IMG/VR virus record: IMGVR_UViG_3300024331_000007
Location: 295,891 to 359,890 of that record
Strand: one strand, 5' to 3'
From: a virus
Lineage: Duplodnaviria > Caudoviricetes
DNA: 64,000 nucleotides
Both the position numbers and the translations under genes were made by a program. Of the stretch, positions 10,680 to 21,139 are shown piece by piece; the first letter of the stretch is position 1; each line of letters starts with the position of its first letter. The notes below the pieces were generated by a model. That model ran no database searches and had not been told where the DNA came from. It saw only the letters and a program-made list of their open reading frames with translations.

Positions 10680-13600
10680 ATGTTTGGTAATAGCCTAAAC
10701 AGCAAATTTGTGCTTGTGGATTCTGTATCTGCTACGGACCCCGCTGCCTCAAAATTCGGCCAAAATATTGAATGGCTCGGCACTGACTTGTTTGCTGTCA
10801 CCAGCAATCTTACAAACCCTTGGGTTGGTGATGATCTTAGTTTTTCTGATGGAGCCTATTTTGACGGCGGTCATACCCAGTTCGGACAGTTATTTACAAC
10901 ATTCAGCCAAAAAGTTGATATTTTCCAAGTTCTCGATACAAATAGAACATGGATTAACTCAACGGACGATATCTTAAATCCTGTTCCTGTTGCCACAATT
11001 CCTATTACTGGTGACTCGACTACAGATGTTGTCTATTCTGGTGCAATCGACAATTTATTTGTGTCTGATGCTGGGAATCCTGCCGAAGCTATAAAGATTT
11101 TCAATAATCCTTCCCTTGCACATGGGTGGGCTGTATTTACTGCTCAAGAACAGCGCCTAGATTCAGGAAGCATCAGTCGAGCATGGATTTATGATTCAAT
11201 CACCAGAATCAAATTAGCAGACCTTGAGGTTGTTGATCTATATGCTGGCATATTACCGGGAACAATTGCCGCTCAACTCGATTTTGTCTGTGATATTGAT
11301 CCAGCTATCTACAATATCTCTCAATGGATACCGGGAACTTCTTATAAAATTGGTGATCGTGTAATCTATAACGGTCTAACCTATCAAGCCTTGTTTGCTG
11401 GCAAGAGCGGAAGCATGTTTAACACTGCTCTATGGACATTAATTCCCGCTAATACAAATACAAACGCAGAAGGTATCGTTCGGTGGGGTTCAGAACAGGT
11501 TGGTAGAACGTGGTTTAAAACTGCAAAACTAAAGGTCATAAATGCACAGTTGGGCACTCTAACTGAACGAGCACAAAATTGGAATCAATGGTTTCCAAAT
11601 GTTGCAATTGAAGTTTATGAATGGGTTAACAGTTCAGTTCCACCATCTCAATATATCAGCAACACAGACAACGGATTTATCCTTGATCCGAATTGTGCGT
11701 TTACATTCAATCCAGCAACAGCACAATACGGATTCTGGGTTTTTGGTAAGGACACCCTTGGTCCAATTCATAATCAAACAGCAGCACAATTGATCGGTGA
11801 CATTATAGATATTCCGGGTTCTGGAATACCGATGATCACCGCTATCGATACTAATGCAGTTGCTGTTTGGAATATCAATCAGTTCGTATCTGCCAATACC
11901 GTTGTACTTCATATTGATTATGTCAACGAGTCTGCCAATAACCAGCTTCATAACGAATTTGCTCTCATCAGCAACGATGGATCAAAGTCATGGTACAAGA
12001 CCGACATCTATCCTAAGTTTGTGGATAGCCTATCGGGCGTGTCTGAAAATAATCAGCTTGTTCCAACCTACACGCTGCCAATTCAGCAACAGGCTGGCAT
12101 TCTAAACAATCCAGTTCAATCGCTGTTTGTTAACCGCGTAACTGCACTTGACATTTATTTCTCAGTCATCAATAAGGAAATTGCTAATCTTGCAATTGCT
12201 ACATCTGCTGTAATTTCAGCATTGAGCGCAGAAGACCCTCTACCTACTTCAGGTTTTAATCAGGAAGTTCCAAATCGCGATGTCCTGAATGAACTCGACC
12301 CTTCATTGTTTCCGTCGAATTACCGTATTCTTGTGGACGAAGACGACACTCTCACTCCAGTTCAATGGAGCATTGTTGCAAACGTTGATAATAACTGGCA
12401 GATTGTTGAACATCAACTTTATAATCTTGTAAATAATTGGGAGTATGCAGACTGGTTCGCGAAAAATTACACCAATGCTACACCAACCTTTATTTTGGAA
12501 AATCCCGGCCAACTATCCCAGATATCATATGTAGCTGGCGACATTATTCAGATCAACAATAACGGAAACGGTAACAAAGTAATCTACCTTGCCGTTATTA
12601 ATGACATTGATCCAGCGGTCACTGAGCTTGATCCTATCTTCATTCAAAACGGAACTATTCAATTCCTACCAAATCTTTATGACTTCTTAGATAGTGGAAT
12701 TGGTTTTGACAATCAGGGATTCGATAGTCAAGGATTCGACAACGATCCTTACATTGCTATTCGTTTAATTACACAAATACTCAACGATACTGTATTTGTT
12801 GGAAGCAACACTCTTACAGCAGCGGCAGATGATGGGTTCTTTGCAATCCTCAACTACATCTTCTTTGAAAATGAAAATCTCGATTGGTTGTTTAAAACTA
12901 GCTTTGTTACGGTTGATTACAACAATCGCAATTTGGATGTTCAAGGAACATTCCAGCCTGATAACCAATCTTCAATTGAAGATTTCGTCAGCGAGACATT
13001 GCCATTCCATACTCGTGTCCGTGAATTTAGAGACACTTATTCCAGCAACGATTACGCAAATGTTGGAGCAGTTGATTTCGACCTTCCATCTCAATACGAT
13101 TCAAATTTTGCTAATATTGTTTTAAACCTTACAGCAAATCCAAAACTGAATATCGATCTTCCCCTTAGTGCATTCAGAAGAAATGTGGGCGTTGCGCTGG
13201 ATAGTCGTTCTGTTTATGTAACCAGCAATGGTATTCCTGCTGCACCAACCATGCCTTCATTCATTCAGGATTGGAATTTTGGCATCGTTAAGAAACCAAT
13301 AACTGAGCCTATCAAATATAGTACCGTTCCAAATACACTTGGACCTATCGGTGTTGCTATTGATGGTGTTCCATTCTTTGGACCAAATAGCGGAATTACT
13401 GAAACTCTATACCAGTATGGAAATATAAGTGCTCCTTTTGCAAATATTGCCAACTCTGCAACATACACTATCAATAGTGTATTCGCAGCAGAAAATCAGG
13501 GCGGCGATCCCGGTCTCGGTTATACAAACCTAAAAGGTCAATACATATATCAGGCAAATCCTTATGCTATGGCAAATGCCGCTGTTGGTCTACATAGTCC

Positions 13601-15749
13601 AATTGTCGGCTATGCATGGGACGGAAATCCTATTTATGGTCCGTTTGGTTATGCAAATGCAGATGGAACTGGCGGAATCATTCTCAATACCAGTAGCTAT
13701 CAGCTATCGACAACTCCGCGCCTAGATAAAACAGGACAGCCGTTTATCAATGGGTTACAAATGGCGCAGTATGCAGCGCCAAACGGAAACTACATTGAAG
13801 ATTTTATCTATATTCCTAATTCTGGAACACTCGATGAATGTAACGGAAGATTTGTTGTTACCCCGGAATATCCAAACGGCGTTTATGCTTACTTTGCATC
13901 AGCTAGTTTTGAGAATGTAATCTTTATCGATACTGAACTTAACGATGACATCATTACAGAAAATGTAATTAATCTCATTACTGAAAATTCAGCTAATGTT
14001 GCATCTCCGCAACTTCCAGCTTATCCATATGTTATAGGACTAGCATATAATTCTCGACCATTTGGAGTACAATATACTTACATCAACGGCGTTAATACCC
14101 CAGTTTACATCAATGGAAATGTCACTGTTCCTTTAACTCCATATATTGATACTGTAAATCTAATTCGCACTCCAGACGGCTCAGTTGCTTCTGATCCATT
14201 GACTCTATTGGAACCCGTATACTCTGCGTGGAGTAATAATCACTCATACTCAATAGGCAGTATGATTGTTGAACGTCCCGGTTCTGGATATTTGGAATTG
14301 TCATCGGACATTATCGTTACACCGACAAACAATGTGGTCGCATCTGTCTCCAGCTTACAATTAGTTTCTGCAAACATTGTAGCTACAGGTAACAATTACT
14401 CCATCGGCGAAAATATCTCTGTAATTGGAGGAATATTTAATAACGTCGCGACTATTCAAGTAACGAATGTAAATGTTGCTGCAAACAATTCCATTGTTAG
14501 CTTCATGCTCAACCCTGTTACCGATGAGGGATACACAATTATTCCTTCTAACATCGCAAACGTAGCAACATCCTCCATTAATGGTAACGGATCAGGTGCT
14601 ACCTTTAATGTTGCGTTCGGTCTTGAATCAATTTTTGTTTCAGAAACTGGTAATAACTTTACATCTACACCGTCTGTAACGGTAATCGATTCTAACGCAA
14701 CCATTCCAGCAACTGTTTATCCTGTATTGGAAAACAACACAATCCGCAAAATCAATACCACAATGGTATTTGATCGAGTCGAGGCACCTGAGTATCCGGG
14801 TGTATTTGTAAATGCTGGAAACTTCGTTACATCATATCCAGTTCCAACCGGAACGATATTTAATTCCAACGATTCTACTGCTGGTCAAATTTCGTTGAAC
14901 ATCTCATGGCGTCCTGAGCTAATAAGCGACACCTCTCTAAGTACTGAATACTCCAGATTTGGTAATACTGCTGGTGTTTTCAACAACGAAATTGGTCAGT
15001 ACATTACGGCAAACGCAAGCAGCCCTGATCTTGACAAGATTAGCATTAATGCAAATAGCTTCACAGTAGAGTTTTTCATGAACTTCAGCAACTTAGATAA
15101 TCCAATCGGAGTCATGGTTGATACTCGCGCAAATGTAGCCAGCGCGAATGGTTTGGTTGTATTCCGTAGTGGTAGCAACCTGTGTGTGGGTTCAAATACA
15201 AATGTTGCCATTATTTCGACTGGTATTCTTCCATTCACCACAAATGAATGGGAATACATTACCGTACAAGGTAACGGCGGAAACATTTATGCTTATATGA
15301 ATGGTCAATTGGTTGGAACTGCAAACATTGCATTCGACTACACTGATCACAATTTGACTTTGGGGGCTGATGTTGCTGGTGGAAATGTCAGCACTGGATA
15401 TATGGACGAAATTCGTTTGACAACCCAACACAATCGCTATGTACCGGGCATCATAAATATTACTGTTCCTACTGCCGCATTCCCACGATCAATCACTGTT
15501 GATCCATTCTTGCTTCCGCAGCATACACCAATTCTATGGGGATTTGAAAACTTTGTTAATGAAAGCGGAACAGACATTACGTTTATATCTGTTAACGCAC
15601 AAACACTCATCAGTGATTTGTCGTGGAATCAAAAGAAGCTGCAACTTGTAAATTACGGAAATGATCTTGTCATTGACGGGTCCACTATCAATGAACTCGA
15701 AAATCCTCAGACAAGCCAAATTTTAGAAGTACGATTGAATCAAGGATAA
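10680..15749 (+). CDS. Large virion/baseplate protein with a YHYH-like domain and a C-terminal LamG/ConA-like domain
   Basis: GPIGVAIDGVPFFGP, HSPIVGYAWDGNPIYGPFGY and GTLDECNGRFVVTPEYPNGVYAYF (YHYH family); FTVEFF...LTLGAD...GYMDEIRLT (LamG). Own TAAATA (10656-10661) and RBS. Confidence 0.75.
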   Translation: MFGNSLNSKFVLVDSVSATDPAASKFGQNIEWLGTDLFAVTSNLTNPWVGDDLSFSDGAYFDGGHTQFGQLFTTFSQKVDIFQVLDTNRTWINSTDDILNPVPVATIPITGDSTTDVVYSGAIDNLFVSDAGNPAEAIKIFNNPSLAHGWAVFTAQEQRLDSGSISRAWIYDSITRIKLADLEVVDLYAGILPGTIAAQLDFVCDIDPAIYNISQWIPGTSYKIGDRVIYNGLTYQALFAGKSGSMFNTALWTLIPANTNTNAEGIVRWGSEQVGRTWFKTAKLKVINAQLGTLTERAQNWNQWFPNVAIEVYEWVNSSVPPSQYISNTDNGFILDPNCAFTFNPATAQYGFWVFGKDTLGPIHNQTAAQLIGDIIDIPGSGIPMITAIDTNAVAVWNINQFVSANTVVLHIDYVNESANNQLHNEFALISNDGSKSWYKTDIYPKFVDSLSGVSENNQLVPTYTLPIQQQAGILNNPVQSLFVNRVTALDIYFSVINKEIANLAIATSAVISALSAEDPLPTSGFNQEVPNRDVLNELDPSLFPSNYRILVDEDDTLTPVQWSIVANVDNNWQIVEHQLYNLVNNWEYADWFAKNYTNATPTFILENPGQLSQISYVAGDIIQINNNGNGNKVIYLAVINDIDPAVTELDPIFIQNGTIQFLPNLYDFLDSGIGFDNQGFDSQGFDNDPYIAIRLITQILNDTVFVGSNTLTAAADDGFFAILNYIFFENENLDWLFKTSFVTVDYNNRNLDVQGTFQPDNQSSIEDFVSETLPFHTRVREFRDTYSSNDYANVGAVDFDLPSQYDSNFANIVLNLTANPKLNIDLPLSAFRRNVGVALDSRSVYVTSNGIPAAPTMPSFIQDWNFGIVKKPITEPIKYSTVPNTLGPIGVAIDGVPFFGPNSGITETLYQYGNISAPFANIANSATYTINSVFAAENQGGDPGLGYTNLKGQYIYQANPYAMANAAVGLHSPIVGYAWDGNPIYGPFGYANADGTGGIILNTSSYQLSTTPRLDKTGQPFINGLQMAQYAAPNGNYIEDFIYIPNSGTLDECNGRFVVTPEYPNGVYAYFASASFENVIFIDTELNDDIITENVINLITENSANVASPQLPAYPYVIGLAYNSRPFGVQYTYINGVNTPVYINGNVTVPLTPYIDTVNLIRTPDGSVASDPLTLLEPVYSAWSNNHSYSIGSMIVERPGSGYLELSSDIIVTPTNNVVASVSSLQLVSANIVATGNNYSIGENISVIGGIFNNVATIQVTNVNVAANNSIVSFMLNPVTDEGYTIIPSNIANVATSSINGNGSGATFNVAFGLESIFVSETGNNFTSTPSVTVIDSNATIPATVYPVLENNTIRKINTTMVFDRVEAPEYPGVFVNAGNFVTSYPVPTGTIFNSNDSTAGQISLNISWRPELISDTSLSTEYSRFGNTAGVFNNEIGQYITANASSPDLDKISINANSFTVEFFMNFSNLDNPIGVMVDTRANVASANGLVVFRSGSNLCVGSNTNVAIISTGILPFTTNEWEYITVQGNGGNIYAYMNGQLVGTANIAFDYTDHNLTLGADVAGGNVSTGYMDEIRLTTQHNRYVPGIINITVPTAAFPRSITVDPFLLPQHTPILWGFENFVNESGTDITFISVNAQTLISDLSWNQKKLQLVNYGNDLVIDGSTINELENPQTSQILEVRLNQG

Positions 15750-15750
15750 G

Positions 15751-17316
15751 ATGAGTCAAATAAGCTACATTAGAGCCGCTGGTGATCCCGACTATAACTT
15801 CGCGTATAGCGATTTCACTGTGGAATTTTTTGTTGAAACTAGTGATAATGATGGAGTCCAAACTCTGTTCGAAATCGCCAACAACGAATCGGCTGCTGCA
15901 AATTTATATACTCAGACTCGATTCTTTACAGCAATCGAAAACGGAAATTTGAATGCGTATGCCATTCAAACGGTAACCCCTTTTATAGTTGGTGCTGGTG
16001 TTACTGTTTTCACCAGTCCAACTCCCGTGGGTCCAAACGATAGAGTATTCTATGATGGTCAGTTTTTGACCACTGGCGAATACACAATTTCTGGTTCAAC
16101 GATAACCTTATTAATTCTACCCAACAATCTTAATAATGTTTTGGTTGAAATTGGCCAAGTTCTATTTCAAGTTCAAGGTCAGTCAGTTACAACTGGCAAC
16201 GTTCATTTTGTAAGTGCTGAACGTTTTCAAAATCAATTCTACTTATTCCTTGATGGTGAAGCGCAAAGTACTCCAGTTCCAGCATTCAATGCTATTCCAA
16301 CACAGGTTATCTCAAACACCGTTGGAACAGGAAACCTCGCCAGATATGATAGCCCAGCCTTATTGACTATTGGCGCAAACAAAAATGGTAAAGATGCTCT
16401 ATTCGGAAAATTTGGCGACTTTAAGATTACTAATGGAGTTTCTCGTCATGTTCAACAGAGTCAAATTCAACAAACGATAAGCAGTTTATTTACGGATGCC
16501 AATCTTGGCATGCAGCCATCATCTATTGAAATTGACGGTGGTGGATTCGTTGACAGCATTAGTAGCTACACCCCCGAAGAACTTGTACCGGGGCAAATTT
16601 TTGACACCTTGTACATGCAGGTTTATCAGAGCAGTACATCCAATGCAAATGCAAATGTACTCAGCTTTGCCATGTTTAAACCAACAATTCTTATCGGACC
16701 AACTGGTTCATATTCTTTTACAATGCCAACAAGCGGAAAAGTAACTGTTCCGTGGACATCTATCGACGCAGCCGCAGCGAGCGTTCTGGTTAACGGAAAT
16801 GCAATTCCATCGACTTCATGGGCTATATTTAACGGAAAACTAACGATCATTGCTGGACCGGGCGATGCAGTGGATATTATTTCCACTGGACCAACGAATT
16901 ACTACGATGTTTGCTCAAATTCTGTGTCTACTATTGTTGGAAATGTATACGCCAATAGCAATTCTATCATTGTTTCTTCCACAACCCCTTTTATTACACC
17001 AAACGCGAATAGTAGAGGTCAGGTGTTCATAAATCAGGAATGCATTACCTATTTGTTTATTGATCGAGTAAACAATATTCTATCTGGTTTAATGCGGGGA
17101 ACATCAGGAACTGGTGTCCCAAACATACATTTGGCCAACTCAAGGATTATATCGGCCTCAAGTAATTGGGATATTGAGACTCTTGCTAATGTTGATCCAA
17201 GAACATCAATTTGGTATTCAGTTCCATTAGCAAATACTAGCTTACAGAACACAAATACAGCCATTTCAACAGTATTGGTAAATTCAGGCGGGTTACCGCC
17301 AGTTACACCATTCTAA
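15751..17316 (+). CDS. Virion protein with a LamG-like domain (baseplate/tail associated)
   Basis: DFTVEFF...LFLDGE...LTIGAN...FGKFGDFKITNGVSR; also a DGGGFVD...PEELVPGQIFDTL segment. Confidence 0.65.
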   Translation: MSQISYIRAAGDPDYNFAYSDFTVEFFVETSDNDGVQTLFEIANNESAAANLYTQTRFFTAIENGNLNAYAIQTVTPFIVGAGVTVFTSPTPVGPNDRVFYDGQFLTTGEYTISGSTITLLILPNNLNNVLVEIGQVLFQVQGQSVTTGNVHFVSAERFQNQFYLFLDGEAQSTPVPAFNAIPTQVISNTVGTGNLARYDSPALLTIGANKNGKDALFGKFGDFKITNGVSRHVQQSQIQQTISSLFTDANLGMQPSSIEIDGGGFVDSISSYTPEELVPGQIFDTLYMQVYQSSTSNANANVLSFAMFKPTILIGPTGSYSFTMPTSGKVTVPWTSIDAAAASVLVNGNAIPSTSWAIFNGKLTIIAGPGDAVDIISTGPTNYYDVCSNSVSTIVGNVYANSNSIIVSSTTPFITPNANSRGQVFINQECITYLFIDRVNNILSGLMRGTSGTGVPNIHLANSRIISASSNWDIETLANVDPRTSIWYSVPLANTSLQNTNTAISTVLVNSGGLPPVTPF

Positions 17317-17329
17317 GCAGGATAAATAT

Positions 17330-17461
17330 ATGAAGCGACCAGATGAAGTGCCAGCGATTAGTGTTCAAGAACACCTAAAAATCACAGTTAGCGATAAAAG
17401 TCTTACTGGAAATTTGGAAACTGTCACCACAAAGACCGTCATCTGCCAGCGAGTTAAATGA
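17330..17461 (+). CDS. Small hypothetical late protein (43 aa, not in the ORF track)
   Basis: MKRPDEVPAISVQEHLKITVSDK...; ATG directly follows a TAAATA at 17323-17328; fills the gap between larger genes. Confidence 0.55.
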   Translation: MKRPDEVPAISVQEHLKITVSDKSLTGNLETVTTKTVICQRVK

Positions 17462-17467
17462 GGATCA

Positions 17468-18124
17468 ATGCCAAATATTTACAAAACGGTAAACATTATA
17501 AATGCTACTTTTGGTATTAAACCGTTTATGTACATAGGTAGTGATCAGCACGATAACCATAATTATTTTGGGTCAAGCAAAAAATTGAAAAATGATGTGA
17601 GGATATTTGGGTCACAATTCTTTGAAAAACAGATACTACAACATTTTGATAATATCTCAAATTTAGAGTTACGAAAAATCGAGGAGCAATACCTGAAAAG
17701 TAATAACGTAAAAAATGATCCCGCTTTCTATAATAAGATAGACACCTTATTACCGGGTCAAGGTTGTGGGGTTAAGGGTATGAAGCATCGAAGGAAATAT
17801 CAACGCTCTCAAAAATGGATAGATTCAAGAACTGGAAAATCATATAATATTTCAGAAGAAACGCGAAAAAGATGGTCAGCTAAAAGAACAGGTGTTTCCA
17901 CATCCGATAGACAAAAAACGGTTTCTCGTGAATACTCGGGTTCAAAACACGCTTCTTCTAAATGCTGGGAACTAACTGATTCGTTAGGAAATAAATATAT
18001 AGCAAACGAAGGACTACGAAAATGGTGTCGAGATAGAAATATAAACTATCTATCACTATACCAACATCACAATGAATTTCGCAACTGGTCTTTTAGGAAA
18101 TTGGGAGCATCAAATGAAAGATAA
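17468..18124 (+). CDS. GIY-YIG (Seg-like) homing endonuclease
   Basis: NIYKTVN...MYIGSD...YFGSS...E...FYN motifs plus a K/R-rich NUMOD-like C-terminus. Confidence 0.8.
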   Translation: MPNIYKTVNIINATFGIKPFMYIGSDQHDNHNYFGSSKKLKNDVRIFGSQFFEKQILQHFDNISNLELRKIEEQYLKSNNVKNDPAFYNKIDTLLPGQGCGVKGMKHRRKYQRSQKWIDSRTGKSYNISEETRKRWSAKRTGVSTSDRQKTVSREYSGSKHASSKCWELTDSLGNKYIANEGLRKWCRDRNINYLSLYQHHNEFRNWSFRKLGASNER

Positions 18125-18716
18125 CGCATTATTTCAAATAGAAGGTTTTGTAAAAATTACCGATACACTCACTAATGAACTTCTATTTGAAGGATTCAAT
18201 TCGGTTCATTTTGAAAATCTTTCAGTTGCTATTGCTCAAAGTCTGGGCGCTGGTCCTCTCGAACCTTCTTGTCCCGGTTTCATATATACTATGAATTTTG
18301 GTAATGGCGGAACAACCGTCAATTCCAGCGGTATTGTAACCTACAATCCACCCAACACTGTTGGAGCTACCGCACAACTTTATAACCAAACGTACAGCAA
18401 GGTTGTTAACAACCAATTTGCAGCAGATATCGATACTGTCAACAACAACATCACCTATAGTCATATTCCCGGTAAAGCCTACACCGATATTATCGTAGTA
18501 TGTCGTTTGGATTATGGTGAACCAGCCGATCAGTTGCCGTTCGACAATTCAAATGACATCAACAGCACATACGCCTTTGACGAATTAGGTTTGTTCACGT
18601 TTAATGGTCAGCTTCTCACTCACGTTATATTTTCACCAGTTATCAAGTCGTTGAACCGACTCATTGACATTGCCTACACTGTGAGAATTTCAACCCTTAG
18701 CTCACTAAGCGTGTAA
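18114..18716 (+). CDS. Virion structural protein (baseplate/tail region)
   Basis: GGAG RBS before the ATG at 18114; FGNGGT...LYNQTYSKVV...LDYGEP...FDELGL...LTHVIF motifs, which I recall from large-phage structural modules. Confidence 0.6.
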   Translation: MKDNALFQIEGFVKITDTLTNELLFEGFNSVHFENLSVAIAQSLGAGPLEPSCPGFIYTMNFGNGGTTVNSSGIVTYNPPNTVGATAQLYNQTYSKVVNNQFAADIDTVNNNITYSHIPGKAYTDIIVVCRLDYGEPADQLPFDNSNDINSTYAFDELGLFTFNGQLLTHVIFSPVIKSLNRLIDIAYTVRISTLSSLSV

Positions 18717-18729
18717 CAGAGGAATCAGA

Positions 18730-20430
18730 ATGAGTTACCAGATCGTCCTAACTAACGGAAATATTCTTACAACTGTACCAGATACCCAACTTGTGTCTAC
18801 CTACGGTGGTTTAGACCTTATCGGTAAGAACTATGCTGGCTTCGGAACAGCATTCAATAACAATCTTGTACATATGGTGGAGCATTTTGCTGACAGCACA
18901 CCTCCAACCAATCCGTTCATTGGTCAGATTTGGTATGATACTGTTTCTAACGCCATCAACTTCTGGAATGGAACTCAGTTTAAACCTATCAGTGTTATTA
19001 CAAGCAGCCCAACCGCCCCTCTTGATCCACAGGAAGGCGATGAATGGTACGACAGTGTAAACCAACAACTTAACATCTGGAATGGTTTTGAATGGGTTCT
19101 TATTGGACCGCCAAATCAAGGTGGTGCTAAGGAAGGATTCGTAGTTGCCAGCATTCAGTCTAACACAGGCAATATTTTCTATCTTCAACTTTATGCAAAC
19201 AACAATCTTCTTGGAATCGTTTCAGGTGTAAACCTCACCAATCCTGACATTGTTGGTTTTGGTAACCTTCGCGTGGGTTGGAACTTTGTAACCAATCCTG
19301 AATCTGCTCCTGCAATTCTTGAATCTGGCATCTACAATGTTTCAGAAATAACTCTTGGAAACGACGATCAGCTTGGATTTCTAACAGACGGAAACGACAA
19401 TGCAATCGTTCAAGTTAATAGCGGAAATGTAATGATTGCCACAAATGGAAATGCAGCATCAAACGTTGCAGCATTTACTGAATGGTCAAATGGAAATATT
19501 GAGGGCATCGTATATTTCAATAAGATTGTCGCTGGAAGTTACGGAAATCTTCCAGCGGGAGCAGCAACCCCCGGTTTAAATAGTCAAGTAATTTATAACA
19601 ATGGTGGAAATTTAGCTGGCTCAGACGCTCTTACTATTCTAGCTGGAAATATTACCGCTCGTGTCGATCATCTTAACGTATCTGCTGATGCCACTGTCAT
19701 TGGTAACGTTCAATCATCTGGATTGACGGTAAATGGCAATTCACACACCTCTGGTAATAATTCATCACACATTGTATATGCGGACATATACCAAAATCTT
19801 CCACCGTTCACTGTACCCGGTTCTACTGGCGAGGTTTTATACAACAACAGCGGAGCGGTTGGAGGTACATCAGCATTAGTTATTGAAGGATCAATAGTTG
19901 GCGTTAATCAGCTTACTGTTAACACCACTGCACAGATCAACGGAACATTGAATGGCAATATAATTAATTGTGCATCTGCTAACGTTTCTGGCCAAACACA
20001 CACAGGAACTCTGGCGGTAGATGGAGCGGCATCATTTAACACGGGCGGTAATCAATTCAATCTTCCAACAACACGCGGAAGTGCTGGTAATCCACTTATA
20101 AGTAATGGCGATGGAACAACCCAATTCTCATCCACTGCCAATCTTGCCCTTGTTTCAAGCGGCACATCAGGTGGCAATTTTTGGGATCGCAATGCAACTG
20201 GAAGATATACCATGTGGGGTACAATTAGCACTGATATTGGTTCTGGGCCTGTTACTGTCACATTTCCAGTTCCATTCACTAACCTGTTATCAATTTCAAT
20301 AAACGTAACGACGCTATCACCTACAGATCGTATTACATTTGTGGTTGATGGATCAGTTACTGTGAATCAATTTACCGTTTCAAATAACGGTTCAAGCGGC
20401 TTTGCCATGTGGCAAGCAGTAGGTTACTAA
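18730..20430 (+). CDS. Tail fibre protein
   Basis: N-terminal LIGKNYAGFG...N..HM.EHFA..TPP.NP..GQIWYD; repeated G.V.YNN.G..GG segments; C-terminal MWG...VTFPVPF domain typical of fibre tips. Confidence 0.7.
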   Translation: MSYQIVLTNGNILTTVPDTQLVSTYGGLDLIGKNYAGFGTAFNNNLVHMVEHFADSTPPTNPFIGQIWYDTVSNAINFWNGTQFKPISVITSSPTAPLDPQEGDEWYDSVNQQLNIWNGFEWVLIGPPNQGGAKEGFVVASIQSNTGNIFYLQLYANNNLLGIVSGVNLTNPDIVGFGNLRVGWNFVTNPESAPAILESGIYNVSEITLGNDDQLGFLTDGNDNAIVQVNSGNVMIATNGNAASNVAAFTEWSNGNIEGIVYFNKIVAGSYGNLPAGAATPGLNSQVIYNNGGNLAGSDALTILAGNITARVDHLNVSADATVIGNVQSSGLTVNGNSHTSGNNSSHIVYADIYQNLPPFTVPGSTGEVLYNNSGAVGGTSALVIEGSIVGVNQLTVNTTAQINGTLNGNIINCASANVSGQTHTGTLAVDGAASFNTGGNQFNLPTTRGSAGNPLISNGDGTTQFSSTANLALVSSGTSGGNFWDRNATGRYTMWGTISTDIGSGPVTVTFPVPFTNLLSISINVTTLSPTDRITFVVDGSVTVNQFTVSNNGSSGFAMWQAVGY

Positions 20431-20437
20431 ATTTTTC

Positions 20438-20467
20438 TTGACATGGTTGTCAAACATCTTGTAACAT
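20438..20467 (+). promoter_or_regulatory. sigma70-like promoter
   Basis: TTGACA-N18-TAACAT upstream of the lipoprotein gene. Confidence 0.45.
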
Positions 20468-20485
20468 ATACATGAGGTATAAACT

Positions 20486-21085
20486 ATGAAATTATTGCAA
20501 TTTCCACTCGTCGCTGCATTATGTGGATTAATGGTTATCACTCCTATGACTGGATGCTCAGTTTCACAGGCAAAGATCAATACCGTAGTTCAGGATATTG
20601 CCACTTACGGACCAATTATTTCAACAGATGCACAAACACTCGCCGCTCTTGCAACTTCTCTTGATCCAGCCGATGCTGCTCTTATTGCATCATCAGTTGC
20701 AACTCTTCAGAAGGACAGTGCATTCCTAACTACTCTCAGCAACCAGTATTTGGCTCATCCTTCACCAAGTTTGCTTAACCAAATCGCTGCTCTTGTGAGT
20801 GACATCGCAACAACTGATTCTGCCGCCTTGATTCAGGTAGCACAAATCAAGAACCCACAAAGCATCGCAACCGCTCAGGCTGTTCTTGCTGCCGTAGCAA
20901 CCGCAGTTACCATTCTCAGTGCATATCTTTCATCTGTTAATGTTACTGTAACTCCAGCAGCAAACACAGCAATCAAAACAATGAAACCTGTTGTACTAAA
21001 AACAACTCTGGTAAGTGAATTAAACAAGGCAAAATCTCAAGGTATCATTCCTGAAAATACTACTTTACAATCACTTGGATTCTAA
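20486..21085 (+). CDS. Predicted lipoprotein, alanine-rich and helical
   Basis: MK + hydrophobic stretch + lipobox-like MTG|C. Confidence 0.6.
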   Translation: MKLLQFPLVAALCGLMVITPMTGCSVSQAKINTVVQDIATYGPIISTDAQTLAALATSLDPADAALIASSVATLQKDSAFLTTLSNQYLAHPSPSLLNQIAALVSDIATTDSAALIQVAQIKNPQSIATAQAVLAAVATAVTILSAYLSSVNVTVTPAANTAIKTMKPVVLKTTLVSELNKAKSQGIIPENTTLQSLGF

Positions 21086-21118
21086 CTTATACTTACAATC
21101 ACAACTATAATTGTATTC

Positions 21119-21139
21119 GGGGCCGAGCCTATCGGCCCC
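21119..21139 (+). terminator. GC-rich hairpin (possible terminator)
   Basis: GGGGCCGA-GCCTA-TCGGCCCC directly after the lipoprotein gene; no strong U-tract. Confidence 0.5.

Noticed and set aside
10656-10680. In-frame TAA and TAG between the two giant ORFs, suggesting stop-codon recoding
   Set aside because: Two stops, a late-promoter motif and a strong RBS lie in the gap, and TAA, TAG and TGA all end well-defined genes elsewhere, so the standard code fits.
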